A stretch of DNA of 60,918 nucleotides, filler included. It is 3 parts of 3 records of this genome, joined end to end, with 100 filler letters (N's around TTAATTAATTAA, not from the genome) between each part and the next. Parts side by side here need not be neighbours in the genome. Positions count along the whole stretch, not along the records: positions 29,799 to 60,918 come from SRR20825006_879; 2 more parts are not named here. One strand, written 5' to 3'. Positions 36,920-48,934 of this stretch are shown here, piece by piece. Below the pieces are notes generated by a model. It worked only from the letters and a program-made list of their open reading frames with translations, was not told where the DNA came from and searched no databases. A program made the translations under genes and the position numbers. Positions within the stretch are counted from its first letter, which is position 1. Each line of letters starts with the position of its first letter.

Positions 36920-36970
36920 GGGCTGGGTGCTGAGGAGGGCCGGGTAACGAGGAGGGCCGGGTCCTGAGGA
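36920..36970 (+). repeat. Three tandem 17-bp G-rich repeats
   Basis: GGGCTGGGTGCTGAGGA / GGGCCGGGTAACGAGGA / GGGCCGGGTCCTGAGGA. Confidence 0.85.
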
Positions 36971-37104
36971 GGACAGCGAGCGAAAGTGCCGCTGATCGCA
37001 AACGCGGAAACGGAACTTGGGCGGACTTTGTGGGTTCAATGCTTCATCGGGGGCGTTCTGGACGTTCCTAGTCATTCCCCACCGGCATTCTCGGAGCTGG
37101 AATC

Positions 37105-38550
37105 TTGCGACACACGACCCTTTTCTTTGGTTTGGCATTCTTTGCGTGCTGTGCCAACCACGCCGTATCGCCCGCCAACGGCAACGATATCAATCGCGAT
37201 TGGCCGCAGTGGCGCGGGCCGGATGCGTCCGGAACGGCGTTGGAATCCAGTCCGCCGACGACTTGGAGCGAATCAGAAAACATCCTTTGGAAGATCGATG
37301 TTCCCGGCATCGGTAGCAGCACCCCGATCATCCTTGGCGATCGCGTGTATGTCAGCACCGCGGTGAAAACGGACGAAGTTGCCGAAGGTGCTGGTTCGGC
37401 TGAAACCTCGAACCAAACGCCGCCGGAATCCGGCCCACCGCGGGGAGATCGCCGTGCCGAGGGTGGGCGTCCGGAAGGCGGGCGTGGAGGACTGGATCGC
37501 GGAGGCCGTGGTCGTGGCCGCGGCGGTCGTGGTGGCAGTGCCAAACCGACGAACGTCTACGACTTCGTTGTGATCGCTTACGATCGGAATAACGGCAAAG
37601 AGATTTGGCGGACATCGGTGACTCAGGAAGTGCCTCACGAAGCTGGGCACAACACCAACACCTTTGCGTCATCCTCACCGGTGACTGATGGTGAGAAGTT
37701 GTATATGTCGTTTGGATCGCGAGGCGTTTTTTGCCTGGATCTGGATGGCACGCAACTGTGGAGTGTGGATCTGGGACAGATGCAAACTCGAAATCAGTTT
37801 GGTGAAGGTAGCTCACCAGCGGTTCACGATGGCATCTTGGTGGTGCCGTGGGATCACGAAGGAGAGTCGTTCATCGTGGCTTTGGACGCAGCTACCGGAG
37901 AAGAAAAATGGCGGCAAAGTCGTGATGAGCAAACGACTTGGTCAACGCCTTTGATCACCGAGTACGAAGGTCGCACGCAAGTCATCACAAACGGTTCCAA
38001 TCGAGTTCGGAGCTATGATTTGACGACTGGTGAATTGATTTGGGAATGCGGCGGCCAAGCCGGCAATCCGATTCCTTCGCCGGTTCGGTTTGAGGACAAC
38101 GTCATCGTGATGACTGGTTTTCGAGGCTACGCGATTTATTCGATTCCGCTGGGTGCGAAAGGTGATGTCACCAACAGCGACGTGATCACTTGGATCGAAG
38201 AAGACGCGGCTCCTTATGTCCCGTCACCGGTTCTCTACAAAGGTCAGCTTTACTTCGTGAAGGCCAACAATGGTGTCTTGGTTTCTCGGAAGGCAAAGAC
38301 CGGTGAACTGGTGATTGATCAAACACGCCTGCCTGATGTCTCGACGGTCTATGCCTCACCGGTGGCAGCGGCTGATCACATCTATTTCACTGGACGCGAT
38401 GGAACGACTTTGGTTTTGAGTCACGGCAGTGAGATGGAAGTGGTCGCTACGAACAAGCTGGACGATGAAATCGACGCGTCCGCAGCCATCGTTGGGGACC
38501 AAATCTTCATGCGAAGCAAGTCGCATTTGTACTGCATCGGCAAGGAATGA
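37105..38550 (+). CDS. PQQ-like beta-propeller (BamB-like) planctomycete protein
   Basis: DWPQWRGP, ILWK..PG.GSSTP, ASSSPVTDG, WSTP, YVPSPV, YASPV; RGG-rich insert; TTG start with GGAG RBS. Confidence 0.88.
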   Translation: MRHTTLFFGLAFFACCANHAVSPANGNDINRDWPQWRGPDASGTALESSPPTTWSESENILWKIDVPGIGSSTPIILGDRVYVSTAVKTDEVAEGAGSAETSNQTPPESGPPRGDRRAEGGRPEGGRGGLDRGGRGRGRGGRGGSAKPTNVYDFVVIAYDRNNGKEIWRTSVTQEVPHEAGHNTNTFASSSPVTDGEKLYMSFGSRGVFCLDLDGTQLWSVDLGQMQTRNQFGEGSSPAVHDGILVVPWDHEGESFIVALDAATGEEKWRQSRDEQTTWSTPLITEYEGRTQVITNGSNRVRSYDLTTGELIWECGGQAGNPIPSPVRFEDNVIVMTGFRGYAIYSIPLGAKGDVTNSDVITWIEEDAAPYVPSPVLYKGQLYFVKANNGVLVSRKAKTGELVIDQTRLPDVSTVYASPVAAADHIYFTGRDGTTLVLSHGSEMEVVATNKLDDEIDASAAIVGDQIFMRSKSHLYCIGKE

Positions 38551-38693
38551 ATTTGGTCTCTACCAGCATCCATCGTCTCGATGAATGTTGGTAGCATGAA
38601 CCATTCAGAGCGGGCGACTGGCAGATCGGTTCCAGTCGCTCGCTTGATTGTTTCAACAGTTTTCCATTGCCCCATCGAACAGTTGAGCCCACT

Positions 38694-39542
38694 ATGTGTG
38701 ATCAGGATCATTTCGAAGAAGATCTAAAGAAGTATTCGCGTCGTGACATGGGGACGCTTGCCGCGGCCGGAATCGGTGCCGCAATGATGCTTCCACGAGT
38801 CGCCAACGCAGCTGAAGTCAGCGAGCAGGATGTGGAAATCGAAACTCCCGACGGCAAGTGTGATGCCTACTTCGTATCACCATCGGCGAGAACGCATGCT
38901 GCGGTTTTGATTTGGCCCGACATCTTTGGTTTGCGACCCGCGTTTCGGCAAATGGGGAAACGTTTGGCTGAGTCCGGGTACAGCGTTTTGGTGGTCAATC
39001 CTTTTTATCGCCAGCAGAAGGCACCGACCGCCGCCAACGGAGCGAACACTTCGATTGCGGATGTTCGGCCATTGGCTCGTTCTTTGACCCCCGAGACCCA
39101 CACAACGGACGCAAAAGCGTTTGTGGCTTGGTTGGACAAGCAATCACAGGTGGACACGAGCAAGCCTATTGGAACGACCGGCTATTGCATGGGAGGCCCT
39201 ATCGTCTTCCGAACCGCCGCTGCGGTTCCCGATCGCATCGGTGCGGCGGCAACGTTTCATGGTGGCGGATTGGTGTCTGACGGGGACGATAGCCCACACC
39301 GATTGATTCCAAAGATGAAAGCGGAGTTTTTGATCGCAATCGCCGAGAATGATGACCAACGCGATCCCGAGGCGAAGTCGGTATTGAAGGAATCGTTTGA
39401 CGAAGCGGACCTGGATGCTGAGATCGAAGTGTATCCCGCCGGGCATGGTTGGTGTCCACCTGACACTCGTGTCCATAATCCCGAGCAAGCAGAGAAAGCT
39501 TGGAGTCGGATGCTCGCCTTGTTTGAAAACGCTCTGGCGTGA
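38694..39542 (+). CDS. Dienelactone hydrolase family protein (Tat-like signal)
   Basis: SRRD..AAA leader, WPDIFGLRP, GYCMGG, FHGGGL, AGHGW. Confidence 0.9.
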   Translation: MCDQDHFEEDLKKYSRRDMGTLAAAGIGAAMMLPRVANAAEVSEQDVEIETPDGKCDAYFVSPSARTHAAVLIWPDIFGLRPAFRQMGKRLAESGYSVLVVNPFYRQQKAPTAANGANTSIADVRPLARSLTPETHTTDAKAFVAWLDKQSQVDTSKPIGTTGYCMGGPIVFRTAAAVPDRIGAAATFHGGGLVSDGDDSPHRLIPKMKAEFLIAIAENDDQRDPEAKSVLKESFDEADLDAEIEVYPAGHGWCPPDTRVHNPEQAEKAWSRMLALFENALA

Positions 39543-39693
39543 GGATCGTCCGTTTGGCGAAGGTGGGCCGTCGACGACATAATCGCGGAACCATATCGGC
39601 AATCGTCGTTGAGCGATGGGTGCGTCCGGCATCCGCGATTTTGTGTCTGGCGTTTGAACGTGCGCTAGTCTTCGTCAATCCTTGAGAGTGATC

Positions 39694-40332
39694 ATGAGTG
39701 AGTTGAACATCATCGGTTTGTTCCCATCCTTGAGCACCTTTGTGGAACAGCGCCGAGGCGAGTTGGATTTGATTTCCGAAGAACGCCAAGACGACTTGAA
39801 GCAATTGGCGGGCTACGTTCGTGGTGAGATTCAGAAGTCTCGCCCGGTGCAGTTGACGTTCATCTGCACACATAATTCACGTCGCAGTCACTTGACGCAA
39901 ATCTGGGCCAAGGTGGCCGCGGATTTGTTTGGGCTGCAGAGTGTTCAAACATTCTCCGGCGGAACGGAAGCGACGGCGATGAATCCGCGAATCGTTGCTT
40001 CGTTGAAAAGGGTTGGGTTTGAAGTCGACGTGAAGACGGAAGACGGGAGCAACCCAACTTATGCGGTTCGTTACTCCGAGCAGGCTGAACCATTGTTGTG
40101 CTCCTCAAAGGTTTACAACGAGTCACCCAATCCGGCGGGACAATTCGCGGCGGTGATGACTTGTTCAAGTGCCGATCAAGCTTGCCCGATTGTTCCCGGA
40201 TGCGATCTGCGGTTGCCGATCCGTTACGAGGATCCCAAGGTGTCTGATGACACGCCTCGGGAAGCCGAAATTTACGATGAGCGATGCCGACAAATCGCGA
40301 GAGAAATGATCCACGCGATGTCGTTGGTGTAA
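39694..40332 (+). CDS. LMW protein-tyrosine-phosphatase/thioredoxin-type arsenate reductase family protein
   Basis: FICTHNSRRS P-loop, SGGTE, VMTC..ADQACP, YEDPK. Confidence 0.85.
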   Translation: MSELNIIGLFPSLSTFVEQRRGELDLISEERQDDLKQLAGYVRGEIQKSRPVQLTFICTHNSRRSHLTQIWAKVAADLFGLQSVQTFSGGTEATAMNPRIVASLKRVGFEVDVKTEDGSNPTYAVRYSEQAEPLLCSSKVYNESPNPAGQFAAVMTCSSADQACPIVPGCDLRLPIRYEDPKVSDDTPREAEIYDERCRQIAREMIHAMSLV

Positions 40333-40664
40333 GGCTTCGGCGTCAAGCAATCCGTTGATTCGCGTGCGGCGATTAGCTCAGGAACGGTCGGAAAATAGGT
40401 ACACACACTTATTCTCCGCTCATTGCGCAAGCACTCATTGTTGCCCCGGCGGTTCGTGTTCGGTCGCTGGCGGGAAGATTGTGCTCAGCAGTGAAACCAT
40501 CTCCGGAGAAGTTTCATCTTCCCGGTTCATCCGTCACGCTCAATGTTGTCGGTCGGATGATGCACCCATCGCCGACTTCTGCACGGCAATCTGCGGTCGC
40601 CCGTACTTGAATCGATGCGGCAGCGTGTCTGAAAGCATTGCTACATCGAGACTTGCGTTCATTC

Positions 40665-40681
40665 AGGGCACGCGTTTTGCG
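40665..40681 (+). promoter_or_regulatory. Putative sigma-54 promoter of the alkene reductase-ADH pair
   Basis: AGGGCACGCGTTTTGCG: GG(40667-68)-N10-GC(40679-80), about 95 nt before the ATG. Confidence 0.6.
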
Positions 40682-40774
40682 GGACAACCCTGTAGCCGGA
40701 CATATACAGTGCGACGCCATGAGAAAGTGGCGACCACTTATGTGAACCGAACAGACTGACCGAAAGCAACCCAA

Positions 40775-41932
40775 ATGGCTTCCAACAATATGAACGCTCC
40801 CGCATCGAATTCCTCCAAGTCCGCGTTGTTCCAACCACTGGAGATCGGTGGACTGACGCTACGCAATCGCATCGTGATGGCTCCGCTGACACGAGCGCGT
40901 GCCGGAGTGGAACGCATGGCCAATGAAATGATGGCCGAGTACTACACACAACGAGCTTCCGCCGGTTTGATCATCAGCGAAGCAACCGTCGTGTCTGAAC
41001 AAGGAATCGGTTGGCCTCAATCACCGGGCATCTACACCGATGAAATGGCCGAAAGTTGGAAGGTCGTGGTCGACTCGGTTCATCAAGCCGGCGGCCGTAT
41101 CTTTCTGCAGTTGTGGCACACCGGACGTGCATCGCACAGTGATTTCCACGATGGCGAACTGCCGGTCGCGCCATCGGCAATCGCCATCGAAGGTGATGGA
41201 GTGCACACCCCGTCGGGAAAGAAGCTTTACGAGGTGCCACGTGCTCTTGAAACGAGCGAACTGCCCGGCATCGTGGAGGACTATCGCAAAGCCGCCGAAC
41301 GCGCCAAGTCGGCAGGCTTCGATGGCGTAGAAGTTCACTCCGCCAACGGCTATCTGTTGGACGAATTCTTGCAGTCCAAATCCAACCATCGCGAAGATCA
41401 ATACGGCGGCAGCATTGAGAATCGTTATCGGCTACTGGGCGAAGTCGTTGATGCGGTCACGAGTGTTTGGTCCAGCGATCGTGTTGGTGTTCGGCTGGCT
41501 CCCAATGGTTCGTTCAATGACATGGGGTCGCCGGATTACATCGAGCAGTTCACCTATGTCGCTCGTCAACTCGACCAGTACGGCCTCGCGTATCTGCACG
41601 TGATGGATGGCACCGGGTTTGGTTTTCACGAACTCGGACCCGCGATGACGCTTGCTGATTTCCGGAAGGTATTCAGTGGTACGTTGATGGGCAACGTTGG
41701 CTACACGCGGGAGTCTGCGGAAGAGGCGATTGTGGACGGAGCAGCGGATCTGATTGCCTTTGGCCGTCCTTTTATCAGCAACCCGGATCTGGTGGAGCGT
41801 TTTGAAAACGGGTGGCCTCTCGCGGAGATGGCCGACATGTCCGTTTGGTACTCACATGACGCGGAAGGCTACACCGATTTCCCAACCTACCAAGCGGAAT
41901 CGAAACAGCCCGAGTCCTGCGGAGTCGAGTAG
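40775..41932 (+). CDS. nemA: Old yellow enzyme/alkene reductase (NemA-like)
   Basis: NRIVMAPLTRARA, YYTQRASAGLII, QLWHTGR, GFDGVEVHSANGYLL, FGRPFISNPDL. Confidence 0.92.
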   Translation: MASNNMNAPASNSSKSALFQPLEIGGLTLRNRIVMAPLTRARAGVERMANEMMAEYYTQRASAGLIISEATVVSEQGIGWPQSPGIYTDEMAESWKVVVDSVHQAGGRIFLQLWHTGRASHSDFHDGELPVAPSAIAIEGDGVHTPSGKKLYEVPRALETSELPGIVEDYRKAAERAKSAGFDGVEVHSANGYLLDEFLQSKSNHREDQYGGSIENRYRLLGEVVDAVTSVWSSDRVGVRLAPNGSFNDMGSPDYIEQFTYVARQLDQYGLAYLHVMDGTGFGFHELGPAMTLADFRKVFSGTLMGNVGYTRESAEEAIVDGAADLIAFGRPFISNPDLVERFENGWPLAEMADMSVWYSHDAEGYTDFPTYQAESKQPESCGVE

Positions 41933-42007
41933 GAATCAACGAAGCTTCCGCTAAGCGTCGCCGTTGACTTGCACGCAATCCCCAATCCCTTTTGAAGAAA
42001 GATCCCA

Positions 42008-43018
42008 ATGAAGACCGTCCATGCCTACGCCGTGAAAGAATCCAAAGGAACCTTTGAAGAGTTCGAGTATGAACTTGATGAGATCGGTGCCAACGAGGTC
42101 GACATCGATGTCCAGTCATGCGGGATTTGCCACAGTGATATCAGTATGGTCGACAACGATTGGGAGATGAGCCAATACCCACTCGTTCCAGGGCATGAAG
42201 TGATCGGCAAAGTTTCGTCGGTGGGCGATCACGTCACACATTTGTCAGTGGGTGATCGCGTGGGATTGGGGTGGCATGCGGGATATTGCATGGTATGTGA
42301 CCAGTGCATGAGCGGCGATCACAATCTGTGCAACGATGCTCAAGCAACGATTGGCGGACGTCACGGCGGATTCGCGGATACCGTTCGCGCCCAATCAGCC
42401 AGCGTTGTGAAGATTCCTGATTCGTTGAATGCCAAGGAAGCAGGACCTCTGTTGTGCGGAGGAATCACGGTTTTCAATCCGTTCGTACAATTGGATCTTT
42501 CACCGACCTCTTCCGTCGGCGTGATCGGGATCGGTGGACTCGGACACCTCGCCCTCAAGTTTGCAAATGCTTGGGGATGTGAAGTCACCGCTTTCACATC
42601 CGAGTCGAAGGAAGAAGAGGCTTTGGAGATGGGGGCGCACCACACAATCAATTCGCGCGACATGGACGCGATTAAGAACACCGATCTGCGTTTTGACTTG
42701 GTGATTTCCACCATCAACGTGCCATTGGATTGGAACGCGGTCCTCGGAACCCTGAAGACTCATGGCCGTTTGCACATGGTCGGTGCACTCACGGAGCCGA
42801 TGGAGATTGGATTGTTGCCGCACATGCTCTTCAACCAGCTGACGTTGGGAGCATCACCAGTGGGACCGCCGGTCATTATCCGGCGAATGTTGGACTTTGC
42901 CGCCCGCCACCAGATCGCTCCCGTGACCGAGCATTATCCGATGAGCAAAGTGAACGACGCGTTCGAACGTTTACGCAGCGGTGACGCTCGCTACCGAATC
43001 ATCTTGGATCGCGACTGA
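42008..43018 (+). CDS. Zn-dependent NADPH aldehyde reductase/alcohol dehydrogenase (Ahr/YjgB-like)
   Basis: CGICHSD, PGHEVIG, structural Zn Cys cluster, [16 protein letters not shown]. Confidence 0.92.
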   Translation: MKTVHAYAVKESKGTFEEFEYELDEIGANEVDIDVQSCGICHSDISMVDNDWEMSQYPLVPGHEVIGKVSSVGDHVTHLSVGDRVGLGWHAGYCMVCDQCMSGDHNLCNDAQATIGGRHGGFADTVRAQSASVVKIPDSLNAKEAGPLLCGGITVFNPFVQLDLSPTSSVGVIGIGGLGHLALKFANAWGCEVTAFTSESKEEEALEMGAHHTINSRDMDAIKNTDLRFDLVISTINVPLDWNAVLGTLKTHGRLHMVGALTEPMEIGLLPHMLFNQLTLGASPVGPPVIIRRMLDFAARHQIAPVTEHYPMSKVNDAFERLRSGDARYRIILDRD

Positions 43019-43071
43019 AGCGAGGCGTCGTGATGACACTTCGCTGATTGATCAAAAAGTGGCTGTCGCAA

Positions 43072-46000
43072 TCATTCTGTATCTGGCGTGAACGTCTTTT
43101 GGATGTCTTCGAGGATCAGGTACAAGCATGGTACCAGCACGAGAATGATCGCCGTCGCGAAGAGAATGCCAAAACCGAGCGAGATCGCCATCGGGATGAT
43201 GTATTGAGCTTGCAGGGAGTCTTCGAAAATCAACGGCATCAAACCGCCGAAGGTTGTCAGGGTGGTCAACAAGATCGGACGGAATCGACGCAATCCGGCT
43301 TGTGAAATGGCATCAAAGGCGGACTGGTTTTTTCGGTGACGGTTCGCATAGTCAATCATGATCAGGGAGTCATTGATGACAACGCCCGACAAAGCAATCA
43401 CACCCATCAAGCTGACCAGCGACAGGTCGTAACCGAGCATGATGTGACCGATGATTGCGCCCACGACGCCGAAGGGGATGGCGACCAAGACAATCAGTGG
43501 TTGCACATAGCCTTTGAATGCGATGGCGAGCAGCGAATAGATGACCGCGAGTGCCAAGCCGAACGATCCCCAGAGTGACGCCGTGGCCTGTCGCATTTCC
43601 GCGTCACTGCCTTCAAAGCTCCATGTGATCCCCGGGAAGTCCTCGCGAAGCTTTGGGAGTTCCGAATTTTGCAAGGCTTCGATGACTTGAGTGGCAGCGC
43701 GTTTGGGTTCGACATCCATTGAGACACTAATCGTTCGACGGCCGTCGCGACGATTGATAGATCGAAACGCCAGCGTTTCTTCCACCTCGGCAACGTCCAA
43801 CAACGGAACCTCGGCTCCGCTCGGCGTGCGAATGATCAAATCTTCCAAGCTATGAATGTCTTCACGCTGTTCTTCGGGAAGTTTGACTCGGACTTCGGTT
43901 TCGTTGGTTCCACGAATCAGCCGAAGCGCCAACGATCCAAAGAACGCACCTCGTAGTTGCTCACCCAGTTCTTCATCGGTCAAGCCAAGCGAACGCCCCT
44001 CCGGTCGAAGTCGGAAATCGTACTGAGTCTTTCCTTTGTTGTAGTTGTCGTTGACATCCCGAGCGTTGGAATACAGCTTGACGCGATCAACGAACGCGGT
44101 GGCGGCTTGCTCCAGCACGTCAATGTCGCTGTGGCTGAGGTCGATGCTGATGTCACGACGGTGACCGCCCGGCCCTCGTTCGGCTTCAAATGTGACTTGA
44201 TTGACGCCTGGCAAATCGCCGATGTGCTCACGCCACAAATCGATGACTTCGTTGGCTGTCATGTCTCGTTGATCCGGTGGTTTCATCACGATTTCGACGT
44301 CGATGAAACTCTGGCCACGAACATTGGTTTTGATGCCTTCGGCAACCTCGTAAAGGTTGTGTTCTTCAAACATCTTGATGCTGGCCTTCGTCACCGTGTC
44401 CGCAATTTTCGCGGCTTGAGCCTGGGTCGTGCCAACTGGCATCCGCACACCGGCTTCGATTTCATCGGCTGAGACTTCCGGCATCAGGATCAATCCCATG
44501 TGTGCACTGGTCGCATAGCCTCCGATGACAACGAACAACGCGAGAGCCAAAGAGGCGGTCACGTATCGATGCCGAAGGCTGAGGATCAGGACGGGACGAT
44601 AAAAGAACTCCACCAAACGGTTGAATCCTTGGCTGAATCGTTGCTGCACATGATGCAAACGTGCACCGATGCTGTTGGGATTTCGACCCGCGTCGCGAGC
44701 ATGGGCCAAGTGAGCCGGAAGAATGAACAGGGATTCGACCAACGACAATGCCAGAACGATGATCACAACGACTGGCAACGGTCCCCAGAACTTGCCTGTT
44801 TCGCCGGGGATGAACAGCAGCGGAACAAACGCGACGATATTTGTCAGGATGCTGAACGTTACTGGTCCCGAGACTTCTTTGGTGCCTTCGACGGCGGCGG
44901 CCTCGTGATCCTTGAGTGTCTGTCGTTTCTCGTAAACGTTTTCTCCCACGACCACCGCGTCATCGACCACGATGCCCAGCACGACAAGAAAACCAAACAA
45001 CGAGATCATGTTGATGCTGACACCGGCGGCGGGCAACAGCAGCACACCGCCGATGAAAGAAACCGCCATTCCCATCATCACCCAGAATGCCAAGCGGAAT
45101 TCGAGGAACAAGGAAAGAATCACGAGCACGATGACCACCGCCATCGCAGCATTCTCGGCGACCAACATCAGACGTCGGCGGAATTCTTCGGCGTTGTTGC
45201 TGTCAATTCTCCACTTCACGCCTGGTGGAAGAGCCGTTTCGAATTCCTCCATCGTCTCTTGGACCGCTTCGGCCACATCCATCGGTGATTGAGAACCGAC
45301 ACGATAGATGTCGAGTTCGACCGAGGGTGTTTGGCTGAATTGTGAATGGAAACCGACTTCTTCGAATCCGTCGCGAATGGTAGCGATGTCGCCAAGCGTC
45401 ACCATTGGGCCATCACGCCCGGCCACAATTTCGATGCCGGCGAACTCTTCGGCCCACTGTTTTCGAGCTTTGACACGAAGCAGGATTTCGCCGGCGGTCG
45501 TTTGCACGGAACCGGCCGCAACATCTTGGCTGGACGTGCGAATGATTTCCGCAACGTCGGGAAGAGTCAGCCCATACTCGCGCAAGCGTTGACGTGGGAT
45601 TTCGACATGCGTGACGTAGGCTGGAACTCGACGCAATTCGACTTGCGTGATTTGTTCTTTGGATTGCAGTTGATCGCGAAGTTGCTCGGCCAGTTTTCGC
45701 AATGCCCAAACGTCGATCGGACCATAAATCGCGACCTGCATCACTTCTTGTTGACGAGACTGCAACCGGACTTCGGGTTGTTCGATTTGATCCGGGAATG
45801 TGCGAATCCGGCTGACTGCTTGGTCAACGTCCTGCAGCACCTTCATCCGGTCTTCGCCGCCGACCAATTCGATCAGAAGTTCACCACGGCCTTCGCGAGC
45901 TTCGCTGGTGACTTCTCGAATGCCTTCGACGCCGCGAACGGCCTCTTCGATCGGACGCAGGATGCCCTGTTCAACTTCTTCCGGGGCGGCACCCGGATAT

Positions 46001-46179
46001 CCAACGGCGACCTCAACGATGTCGAGTTGAAACTGAGGGAAGACTTCTTTTTGAATCGCAAACGCCGACCAGATGCCTCCACCGAGCAGCAGCAACATCA
46101 GCAAGTTGGCCGCAATGGAATTACGAGCCATCCATGCGATGGGGCCACCTTCGGGAACCATCTTGCTCAACGAAGTCAC
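43072..46179 (-). CDS. RND efflux permease (AcrB/AcrD/AcrF family)
   Basis: [53 protein letters not shown]. Confidence 0.95.
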   Translation of the reverse strand: MTSLSKMVPEGGPIAWMARNSIAANLLMLLLLGGGIWSAFAIQKEVFPQFQLDIVEVAVGYPGAAPEEVEQGILRPIEEAVRGVEGIREVTSEAREGRGELLIELVGGEDRMKVLQDVDQAVSRIRTFPDQIEQPEVRLQSRQQEVMQVAIYGPIDVWALRKLAEQLRDQLQSKEQITQVELRRVPAYVTHVEIPRQRLREYGLTLPDVAEIIRTSSQDVAAGSVQTTAGEILLRVKARKQWAEEFAGIEIVAGRDGPMVTLGDIATIRDGFEEVGFHSQFSQTPSVELDIYRVGSQSPMDVAEAVQETMEEFETALPPGVKWRIDSNNAEEFRRRLMLVAENAAMAVVIVLVILSLFLEFRLAFWVMMGMAVSFIGGVLLLPAAGVSINMISLFGFLVVLGIVVDDAVVVGENVYEKRQTLKDHEAAAVEGTKEVSGPVTFSILTNIVAFVPLLFIPGETGKFWGPLPVVVIIVLALSLVESLFILPAHLAHARDAGRNPNSIGARLHHVQQRFSQGFNRLVEFFYRPVLILSLRHRYVTASLALALFVVIGGYATSAHMGLILMPEVSADEIEAGVRMPVGTTQAQAAKIADTVTKASIKMFEEHNLYEVAEGIKTNVRGQSFIDVEIVMKPPDQRDMTANEVIDLWREHIGDLPGVNQVTFEAERGPGGHRRDISIDLSHSDIDVLEQAATAFVDRVKLYSNARDVNDNYNKGKTQYDFRLRPEGRSLGLTDEELGEQLRGAFFGSLALRLIRGTNETEVRVKLPEEQREDIHSLEDLIIRTPSGAEVPLLDVAEVEETLAFRSINRRDGRRTISVSMDVEPKRAATQVIEALQNSELPKLREDFPGITWSFEGSDAEMRQATASLWGSFGLALAVIYSLLAIAFKGYVQPLIVLVAIPFGVVGAIIGHIMLGYDLSLVSLMGVIALSGVVINDSLIMIDYANRHRKNQSAFDAISQAGLRRFRPILLTTLTTFGGLMPLIFEDSLQAQYIIPMAISLGFGILFATAIILVLVPCLYLILEDIQKTFTPDTE

Positions 46180-47438
46180 TCGGTTGTCTCCTCGGTTTCA
46201 TCGGAGTCAACGGTCTCTTCGTTCGATTCTTCATCGTCCGTGATTTTTCGCAATCCAACACCATCAGCCACCGTCGCCAATGTCGTGGTCACGATGTCTT
46301 CGCCTTCTTCAATTCCTTCGCGAATGTAAGCGTACTCGGCGTCACGAAAGGCCACCTGAGTCTCGCGAATTTCGAGTTGTTCCTCTTTCATCACCCAGAC
46401 AGTGTCTTGATCTCGGACGTAATCGCGAGGCAAACGGATCACATCGTTGATCTCTTTGCCTTCAATTTGTGTTTCGATCAACGTGTCCAAAATCAACGGT
46501 GGTGCATCGGATTCTCGTCCGAGCGGATCAGCGACGGTGATCAACACACGGGCCAGCCGAGTTTGTTGGTCGAGGGTTCCGATCAGCCGAGCAACCCGGC
46601 CTTCGCGTTGGGCGTCGGGCCCCCAAGCATCTGTGTTGCGCAGGATCACCTTGGATCCTTCGGTTGATGTTCCATCTTCGCTGGTTTTGGGGAATTGAAT
46701 CCATCGCAGTGTTCGAATGGGAACCGCCGCCATGATCCAGTACTCATCCACACCGATCAAACGCGCGAGCTCATCGCCCGGTCTGACTTGAGAACCGATG
46801 TTGACCGATTGCGTCAGAATTTGAGCATCGAAGGGAGCGGTGACTTCCGTTCGATCGAGGTCCAACTGAGCGCGTTCCAGCGATGCCTTTGCCGCTGCCA
46901 TCTCCGCTTTGATTGATGCGATTTGTGGTTCCCGCAATACGAGGCCGCGGTTGGTATCGTCGATGGTGTCTTGGAGCATTTCTAGCTCTTTCACCGCCAG
47001 ACGTTGGCGCGCTTGTTCGATTTCCCACAACGCTTCCTTTTGCAGCAATTCACTGTTGCTGATCGAGACCGCATTTTCGAAATCCGATGGGTCGATCCGC
47101 AGCAACAGATCTCCCTTGCTGACCATGCCGCCGGGAATGAATTCGGGCGAGAGCTCAACCACTTGGCCGCTGATTCGTGGGCCGAGCGTGATATCTTGGG
47201 CCGGTTCGACGGTTCCAAGCACCACCAACTGAGGCGAGTAGGTGCCTCGTTCCGCGGTGATGGTGTTCACCAAAGCGGACGATTTTCGCGTCGCGTTGAC
47301 CTGCTGAGCGGTGGGTTCGGTCTTGTTGATCACGACCACCGCAGCGGCGGACGCACCTAGAATTGCCAAGCAGGTGATGGTGGTACCAAGGATGCGAAGC
47401 CAGCGCCAATTGGGTCGCTGTTTCGACGCATCACTCAT
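46176..47438 (-). CDS. RND periplasmic adaptor (MFP)
   Basis: N-terminal [17 protein letters not shown], coiled coil, RTEVTAPFD. Confidence 0.92.
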   Translation of the reverse strand: MSDASKQRPNWRWLRILGTTITCLAILGASAAAVVVINKTEPTAQQVNATRKSSALVNTITAERGTYSPQLVVLGTVEPAQDITLGPRISGQVVELSPEFIPGGMVSKGDLLLRIDPSDFENAVSISNSELLQKEALWEIEQARQRLAVKELEMLQDTIDDTNRGLVLREPQIASIKAEMAAAKASLERAQLDLDRTEVTAPFDAQILTQSVNIGSQVRPGDELARLIGVDEYWIMAAVPIRTLRWIQFPKTSEDGTSTEGSKVILRNTDAWGPDAQREGRVARLIGTLDQQTRLARVLITVADPLGRESDAPPLILDTLIETQIEGKEINDVIRLPRDYVRDQDTVWVMKEEQLEIRETQVAFRDAEYAYIREGIEEGEDIVTTTLATVADGVGLRKITDDEESNEETVDSDETEETTE

Positions 47439-48864
47439 CGACGACGGTCTCCGGGATGATTTCCACGGTGGATTCCAATAATTCAAAGTCTTGTGGACGG
47501 GTGTCAAAATCGCCTGCCAACGCCAAGTACAGCGAGACGCGAATGAGCACCAAGTCTAGTTGAGCCGAAAGCGTTTCGCGCTGCAATCTTTGCTGTGCCG
47601 TGATTGCACTGAGCACGTCCAGATATGTCGCATCGCTGATCAGGTATTGCTCTCTCAGCTGTTCGGATGACTGTCGCGCCAGTTCGACCTGATTTTCCAG
47701 GTGCTCGATTCGTTCGAGCTGGTATCGTTCTTGGGCCAACGCGTCCTCGACTTCGCTGAATGCGTTCAGCATGGTCTGCCCATAAACATTGAACAATTCG
47801 CGTTTGACCGCGGCGTTCCGGTCGACTTCAGCCCGACGTTGCCCACCGTCAAACAGCGGGGCGATCATCTGTGCACCGATGGATACAAACCAATCGCGGA
47901 ACAACGTTTCGGGGGATTCCGACACGTTCAGCAGCGATCCCGTGAGATTGATCCGGGGATATTGGGCACTGATCGCGGAAGCCAGGTCTCGGTCAGCAGC
48001 ACGGAAGGCCAGGTAATCTCGCCGAACGTCTGGACGACGCTGCAGCAACTCCGAGGGCAGGCCCGTCGAAGGCAGAGGGGGCAATGGCGGCAGAATTGAT
48101 CCGGGGTCGTATTCCGCGGCTTGAGGCATCTCGCCGAGCAACACTGCGAGTTGATGTTCCAAGACTTCGATGCGAACTTTTTCGACGACAATTTGTTCCA
48201 ACGTCGCTTCGACCAATTGTCGCTGCCGAAGCACGTCGGGGCTGCGGATCAATCCTGAGGCGAAGCGTGCTTCTTGCAACGCCAACCCCATCTCATTGTT
48301 ATCAAGTTGCTCGTTGAGCAGTTTGATCTGGGCGTGGCCTTCGATCAGAGAGAACCACGTTCGAGCAATCTCCGCGGTCAGGGTCAATGCGATCGCGTGG
48401 TAGTCTTCACGCGTGGCGGATGTTCGCAAGCGTTCGGCATCCACGCGGGATTCGATTTCGCCCCACAAGTCGACTTGGTATCCAGCTTCCAATCCCCAAA
48501 TGAAACTGGATCGATCTCTACCAGGACCCATCGTACTGCCGTAGTCGGCAACACCATTCAGATCCGGCCAGAGGTCCGATGCTTCGCGACGTGTAACCGC
48601 TCGAGCCGCATACAAACGTTGTAGAGCCGCGGCGAGAGTGAAGTTGCCTTGCAGTGCGACATCGATCTCTGCGTTGAGCGTTGGATCGTTGAAACTGGTC
48701 CACCAGCGGTCCGGCGGAATCACTTCACCGGGAGTCGAAAACGGCGGCGGGGTTTGCGTGCGAAAGGTCCACGTGCTGTCTGGATTGGCGCAGCCGACAC
48801 CGACCAATAGCATTGCAATGAGCCATCGGGCGGGGAGAAACCTCGCGAATCGAACCATAGACAT
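47431..48864 (-). CDS. Outer membrane efflux lipoprotein (NodT/TolC family)
   Basis: Lipobox [40 protein letters not shown]. Confidence 0.93.
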   Translation of the reverse strand: MSMVRFARFLPARWLIAMLLVGVGCANPDSTWTFRTQTPPPFSTPGEVIPPDRWWTSFNDPTLNAEIDVALQGNFTLAAALQRLYAARAVTRREASDLWPDLNGVADYGSTMGPGRDRSSFIWGLEAGYQVDLWGEIESRVDAERLRTSATREDYHAIALTLTAEIARTWFSLIEGHAQIKLLNEQLDNNEMGLALQEARFASGLIRSPDVLRQRQLVEATLEQIVVEKVRIEVLEHQLAVLLGEMPQAAEYDPGSILPPLPPLPSTGLPSELLQRRPDVRRDYLAFRAADRDLASAISAQYPRINLTGSLLNVSESPETLFRDWFVSIGAQMIAPLFDGGQRRAEVDRNAAVKRELFNVYGQTMLNAFSEVEDALAQERYQLERIEHLENQVELARQSSEQLREQYLISDATYLDVLSAITAQQRLQRETLSAQLDLVLIRVSLYLALAGDFDTRPQDFELLESTVEIIPETVVDE

Positions 48865-48934
48865 GAAGGCCGGATTACGAGATTCGGCGGCCCGAAATCC
48901 AGTCCAATTCAACACTTGTTACATAGCTCGGTGG

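Noticed and set aside
36920-36970. CRISPR array
   Set aside because: Units are 17 bp, directly abutting, with no spacers and no cas genes.
40355-40759. 134-aa ORF in the ptp-nemA intergenic region
   Set aside because: TTG start, Cys/Ser-rich non-protein-like composition, and it overlaps the predicted promoter.
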